A stretch of 64,000 bases of DNA, from positions 238,270 through 302,269 of the forward strand of contig MU005959.1 in assembly GCA_010093745.1 (NCBI GenBank), given 5' to 3'. The stretch comes from Piedraia hortae CBS 480.64 (taxonomy: Eukaryota). This document shows, piece after piece, positions 59,887 through 64,000 of this stretch; within the stretch, counting starts at the first letter, position 1, and each line of letters begins with the position of its first letter. The position numbers and the translations under genes are program-made. Below the pieces are notes generated by a model. The model worked only from the letters and a program-made list of their open reading frames with translations. It made no database searches and was not told the DNA's origin.

Positions 59887-60195
59887 TTACTTCTGCCCAC
59901 CCCGTTCACCATTACCACCGCTGGGAGGAGTGTGAGTGACCGAGCCCTTCTTGTCGTTGTCATCAGTCGACCCGTTGGGGTTGGAGCATTCATCAGCATT
60001 GGGATAGTGGCAGTGGTTGCCCTGTTGCCCACCCTGTCCGCCATTACCACCGCTGGGACGAGTGCAAGTGACCGAGACCTTCTTGTCGATGTCATTAGTC
60101 GACCCTTTGGCGATGATTTTGTAGTACTTGCCATCAAGATTGGAAGAGCAGTTATGAAAATCTAAGCGATGACGGAAATCATGACCAGAAGGCAT
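59887..60195 (-). other. Small Gly/Cys protein or pseudogene with a 132-bp (44-aa) internal repeat
   Basis: 59909-59973 is repeated at 60041-60105; GST(N/D)D.DKK.SVT.T.PSGGNG occurs twice. Confidence 0.45.
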
Positions 60196-60455
60196 GTTGC
60201 TCGACAGTGCGATAAGGATGGAACTTTTTGTACGATGTAGTTGTGTTTTGTGAGGTGTGTGTGTGTGTGGAAGAGGAAGAGGGTTGGTGGTCACTCGTAA
60301 TCAGCGGCTTAGGGGCAGCTATATCTACAGGGGTGCTCGTTTGTGATTGGTTTCTTGGATCAATGAACTGCACCTTTGGGGGCAGAAACAAGAGTCATGT
60401 GTTGGAGGAAGGCAACCACTCACAATCGCTCTAGAAACCACAAATTCTTACTTTA

Positions 60456-61541
60456 TCAGCCCATGCGAGCAATTCTCAACAAATCCGCCAGCACGCCCAT
60501 GGCAGTGACATCATTTCCGGCTCCTGCACCTTGTATTACCAGTGGTAGCTCGCCATATCTTTCCGTTGTGAAGCAAATAATGTTATCGCTTCCCTTTAAT
60601 GCAGCCATTGGATGGCTCTTCTCCACAGCTTTTACACCTACCTCAAGTTGGCTCTTGCTCACGTTAATCTTGCCAATGTAGCGCAGCACCTTCCCCTCGC
60701 TCTCGGCGGCTTTTTTCCTCTTCTCCATGACACTGTCAAACTCCGGCAACCTCTTCACAAAATCTTCTGATGAAACTTGCTCCAGTTCTGCCGGAATCAA
60801 ACTCTCCACAGGAAACGCTTGCGAAGAAGCCACCTTGAGCCCGCAGATCCTCGCAAGAATGGTAAGTTTCCTTGCAACATCCAGACCGTTAAGGTCCTCC
60901 CTGGGATCTGGCTCAGTATAGCCCAGCTTCTGGGCACGGAAAACTTCGCCTCCAAACCCCCCTTCTGCACTTCCACCAAGCGGCATATATGAGTTGAATA
61001 AGAAACTCATTGTGCCAGAGAAGACTCCCTCGATCGTCTTCACCTTGTCGCCCGTGTCAATTAGATCATTTAGTGTCGTAAGCACTGGCAATCCTGCTCC
61101 TACAGTAGACTCGTGCAGCACCTTTCCTGGGCTTGCTGCCTGGATCTTATCCCAAAGCTCCTGCGACGACGAGAAAGCTTTCTTGTTAGGTGTGACGACA
61201 TTGATCCCCTTTTTCAAGAATTCCGGATACCATTCGCCGACTTCAGCTGAGGCCGTGTTGTCGACCAACACTACCTTTCCAGGCGCCGAAGAAAGAAACT
61301 TTACAACTTCAGGCCACTCTGTCACCTGTGACGCTCCAGATTGCAATTGAATATCGAAGCCAAGGTTGCTGTAGTCTTTGGTCAGGACTTGGGAAGAACT
61401 GCGGCGGAGAAGAATCAGTCGAATATCGAAGGCAGGCGTTTGACGGCTGAGCCGCGTATGGAGTTGCGCGAGCTGAGCGAGGAAGGCCTTTCCAACACCT
61501 CCGGTGCCGATTGAGGCGACGAAGATTGGCGTGGGAGTCAT
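60456..61541 (-). CDS. HOM6: Homoserine dehydrogenase
   Basis: IGTGGVG, VTPNKK, ESTVGAGLP, GYTEPDPREDLNGLDVARK, GAGAGNDVTA. Confidence 0.96.
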   Translation of the reverse strand: MTPTPIFVASIGTGGVGKAFLAQLAQLHTRLSRQTPAFDIRLILLRRSSSQVLTKDYSNLGFDIQLQSGASQVTEWPEVVKFLSSAPGKVVLVDNTASAEVGEWYPEFLKKGINVVTPNKKAFSSSQELWDKIQAASPGKVLHESTVGAGLPVLTTLNDLIDTGDKVKTIEGVFSGTMSFLFNSYMPLGGSAEGGFGGEVFRAQKLGYTEPDPREDLNGLDVARKLTILARICGLKVASSQAFPVESLIPAELEQVSSEDFVKRLPEFDSVMEKRKKAAESEGKVLRYIGKINVSKSQLEVGVKAVEKSHPMAALKGSDNIICFTTERYGELPLVIQGAGAGNDVTAMGVLADLLRIARMG

Positions 61542-62119
61542 GTCTTAATGGCGAAACTTGATGCGCCGTGAATCTTTTTCCAACGCGGGGCAACGTGGGG
61601 CAGGGAAGCTCTTCCACCGCATACCGCATCTCTTCAAGGATCTGGCTAGGCGTTCTCGTTTCTCTTTATAGGCTAATAGCTATCTGCTCCCTCCAATCTG
61701 AATGGGTTTTCCTCAGCTGTAACCCATGTGCTGCCATCTCGCCCATCGATCATTCGTATCACTTTGCCCCGCAAGTGACGTGGCGGAGTTCATCCCCGCA
61801 GCTGCAACATGAGTTTTACACGTTGTATTATGTAATTAGGCTCTGGTTGGACAAAAGAACTGTGGATTATCGTAACGGTTGAATGAGTAGGATTAACCGT
61901 TTTCTTGGCCAAATTTTTCAACCCTTTTTTGATGAGAACGAACCCGTTCTTGGTTCGCAAGTTGCACTCCAAGAACGTTTCGCTCTCATTCTTATCCTCC
62001 GCATGCGAACAAGAAAGTCCTGCCCACAATGGCGAAACTAAGTACTACATTCGCTTCCTAGTAAAAAGCGAGCGCCTCACCCAAGCTTAATAGAAGCGAG
62101 AGAAACGCTGGCAGTCTCA

Positions 62120-62237
62120 TGTCACGGAACCATATCGCAGCCACGTGACCCGACACCTCACCTACAGCTCATAGCGTAGTTAGCTCTTCCGTAAGGCACA
62201 ACACGGTTATAAGGATAGCATAGTCCGCGACGTGACA
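62120..62237. mobile_element. 118-bp LTR-like element, copy 2
   Basis: Termini TGTCACG..CGTGACA; near-identical to 15027-15144; flanks TCTCA/GCTGC do not match. Confidence 0.75.
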
Positions 62238-62990
62238 GCTGCTTTCCACTTCCTCGGCGCAAAACACACCTTTGACTTTGTGGCGCGAGCCGAAGTTGGA
62301 GCAGCCGTAGGCAGTATAATCGCCGTTGAAGAGGGGCTGACGGTACGCAGCGAATTTTCACCAAGCAACTGCTGGAGTAACGTCAACACTGGCGCAGCTT
62401 TCGTAGTAGTGTCGGGCATGGAATGTCCCTTTGTCGCTGCTTCTTTCTCCTTCTCTGTCCCCTTCCCCTTGCAAATCTTTTTCTTTTGTGGCTTGGTACA
62501 CTTTGCAGGCAAGATTTTCCGCACGGCCGAGTAGCCCTTCTCTCCCAGCCCATCGGCCTTGATTTATTGTTCTGGCCTCCAGCGCGACATATTACGCGGC
62601 GGAAGCTCTACCTTTGCCGATCCCTTGTGCACGCGCGCGACTCGCCCGTCACCTTGATCCGACATTACGATGGGGATATATACTGTCCGCTCACGGGTCT
62701 CCTCAAGTGTTTTCTTGAGCTGCATTGCATTTGCTTCCTGCGATGGCACTACTGGTGGGGCTCTGGGCATAGTGTGGATAGGCAAAGCTTTGGGCCCAAG
62801 AGATACTCCACCGAGCCGAACAGGAGCACTACCGGGTGATGCGAGAGAGGATGGATCTGCGCCTTAGGATGTCACTGCTGCTGGTGTTTCGGGACCTTGC
62901 GAAGCTTTGCGCCTGACAGAGACTGCGCCCAGCTCGGTTCGAGCGTAATGGCGTGACGTGAGAAAGGATGTAACATCTATTGTTCGCGAA
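62238..62990 (-). pseudogene. Decayed low-complexity reading frame running into the LTR-like element
   Basis: ORFs 62564-62785 and 62207-62524 are in frame across a TAA; another TAA lies upstream near 62865. Confidence 0.45.
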
Positions 62991-64000
62991 GAACTGTTGC
63001 GTGGGGAGTTGTAAGAAGGAAGAGCAGAGACGTGGAGCTGCGTTAACCTGGAGTCCGACGCGTCAAGGCTACTGCGAGATATCGCCGTGACGCGTCGTTG
63101 TGGGTGACGTTCATTTATCTCACCAAATGCTTAGGATATCTCCTGGACCTGCTAAAGCGAGAGGAACACTACGTATATATAACATTTCCATGGAAATATC
63201 GTTGCTGCAAAGAAGCGGAAAGTCAAGAATTATAAGCTTCAACAGTTTATCTCTTTGTGAACTGGACTACGGATGAGAATACATATAGGCTGGACATTCC
63301 ACCACCCACACAACTCATTCCCCAACTTGCACGGGGAAAGGCGATTGATAAAATTAAACTCATTCAAGAGAATGACATCATCAGGGGCTTAATCTCTATG
63401 AAGAGTCACGCCAGGAGTGTAAAGTTCTCAGCATAGTCCGAAACTCAAAACGAATTTTGACATAAGAATTGCGAAGGCATTGTGGGAACCAGTCAGTGTG
63501 TACATGAATATACTTACCCCACATAGAGGGGGCTCCCAATCGTTGTCAGTTTGCATCACCTTGGTGACTTTGTATCAACAAGTCGATGGTACATGGTCGG
63601 GACATTTGCAAAGCTGCTGTTAATTTGTGCGTTATAGCAAACGAGAAGTCAACATAAGGGATGTTTGTTTTCATTGCAGACACTCAAGTTTAATTATTTG
63701 CTCTTTTCTGTTGTCGTTTGTGCTGACACGTATCTTCCTACCACCGAAAGCGTTTGCGGCTTATCAGCAGCATTTGCTGTCTTACAGTTGGCGATTGCAT
63801 TTTCGACCCTTTTCATAAATATGACACGAGCGCGCAACCGAAAGGTTGAATACCAGGCAAGTTGCACGCCATTGAATCTGTATAACGGTGCCATACAAGC
63901 AATCCTCGATAGAGCAGGTCGGTTCATGCTTGGTCTTGGGCCCGCTATGACTATAAATTACTATACGTCAGTGGACACCAGCTTCGTCTGATGGGCCTAG

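Noticed and set aside
15027..62237. The two 118-bp repeats as the ends of one giant mobile element
   Set aside because: Copy 1 has its own TSD, the outer flanks do not match, and the interval holds housekeeping genes.
62238..62990. gag gene next to the LTR-like element
   Set aside because: No zinc knuckle, PBS or PPT recognised, and no second LTR nearby.
1..64000. CRISPR arrays, rRNA or prokaryotic systems
   Set aside because: No regularly spaced repeats or rRNA motifs; spliceosomal introns show this is fungal nuclear DNA.

Overview
This is eukaryotic DNA from a compact filamentous ascomycete (Pezizomycotina) genome; a Dothideomycete is my inference only. Introns are few and very short (42-56 nt, GT..CTRAY..AG) and intergenic spaces are tiny. 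About 25 intact conserved genes are present: NTE1 (runs off the left edge and is missed by the ORF track), PAF1, a BTB protein, a RING-CH E3 ligase, RAD26, RTF2, pantothenate kinase, HAC1, a GNAT, an SDR, a secreted protein, a TRF/Taz1-like Myb protein, an ARA2-like AKR, SIP5, GDT1, an OXLD1-like protein, a DAGK-family kinase, DUO1, MCP1, a zinc-finger protein, TANGO2, an HVA22/REEP protein and HOM6. There is also an intron-containing tRNA-Glu(CTC). These core blocks are interrupted by decayed accessory regions (about 12.9-16.7, 27-38, 46.2-49.9, 53.3-54.7, 58.3-60.4 and 61.6-64 kb) holding a Ty1/copia RT relic, two copies of a 118-bp LTR-like element, a MITE-like insert, a hairpin-rich element and pseudogenes. 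Main highlights: (1) a 398-codon reading frame at 19057-20250 broken only by an in-frame TAG and TGA, a recoding candidate versus a recent pseudogene; (2) a duplicated three-gene block of orphan coiled-coil/membrane-tail genes at 27.1-29.1 and 32.3-34.0 kb; (3) a complete HAC1 RNA control set, with a 20-nt Ire1 intron and a 3' bipartite-element-like stem; (4) a degenerate TALE homeobox hidden by an in-frame intron; (5) extreme gene packing. All family calls come from motif recognition by eye; no database searches were run.
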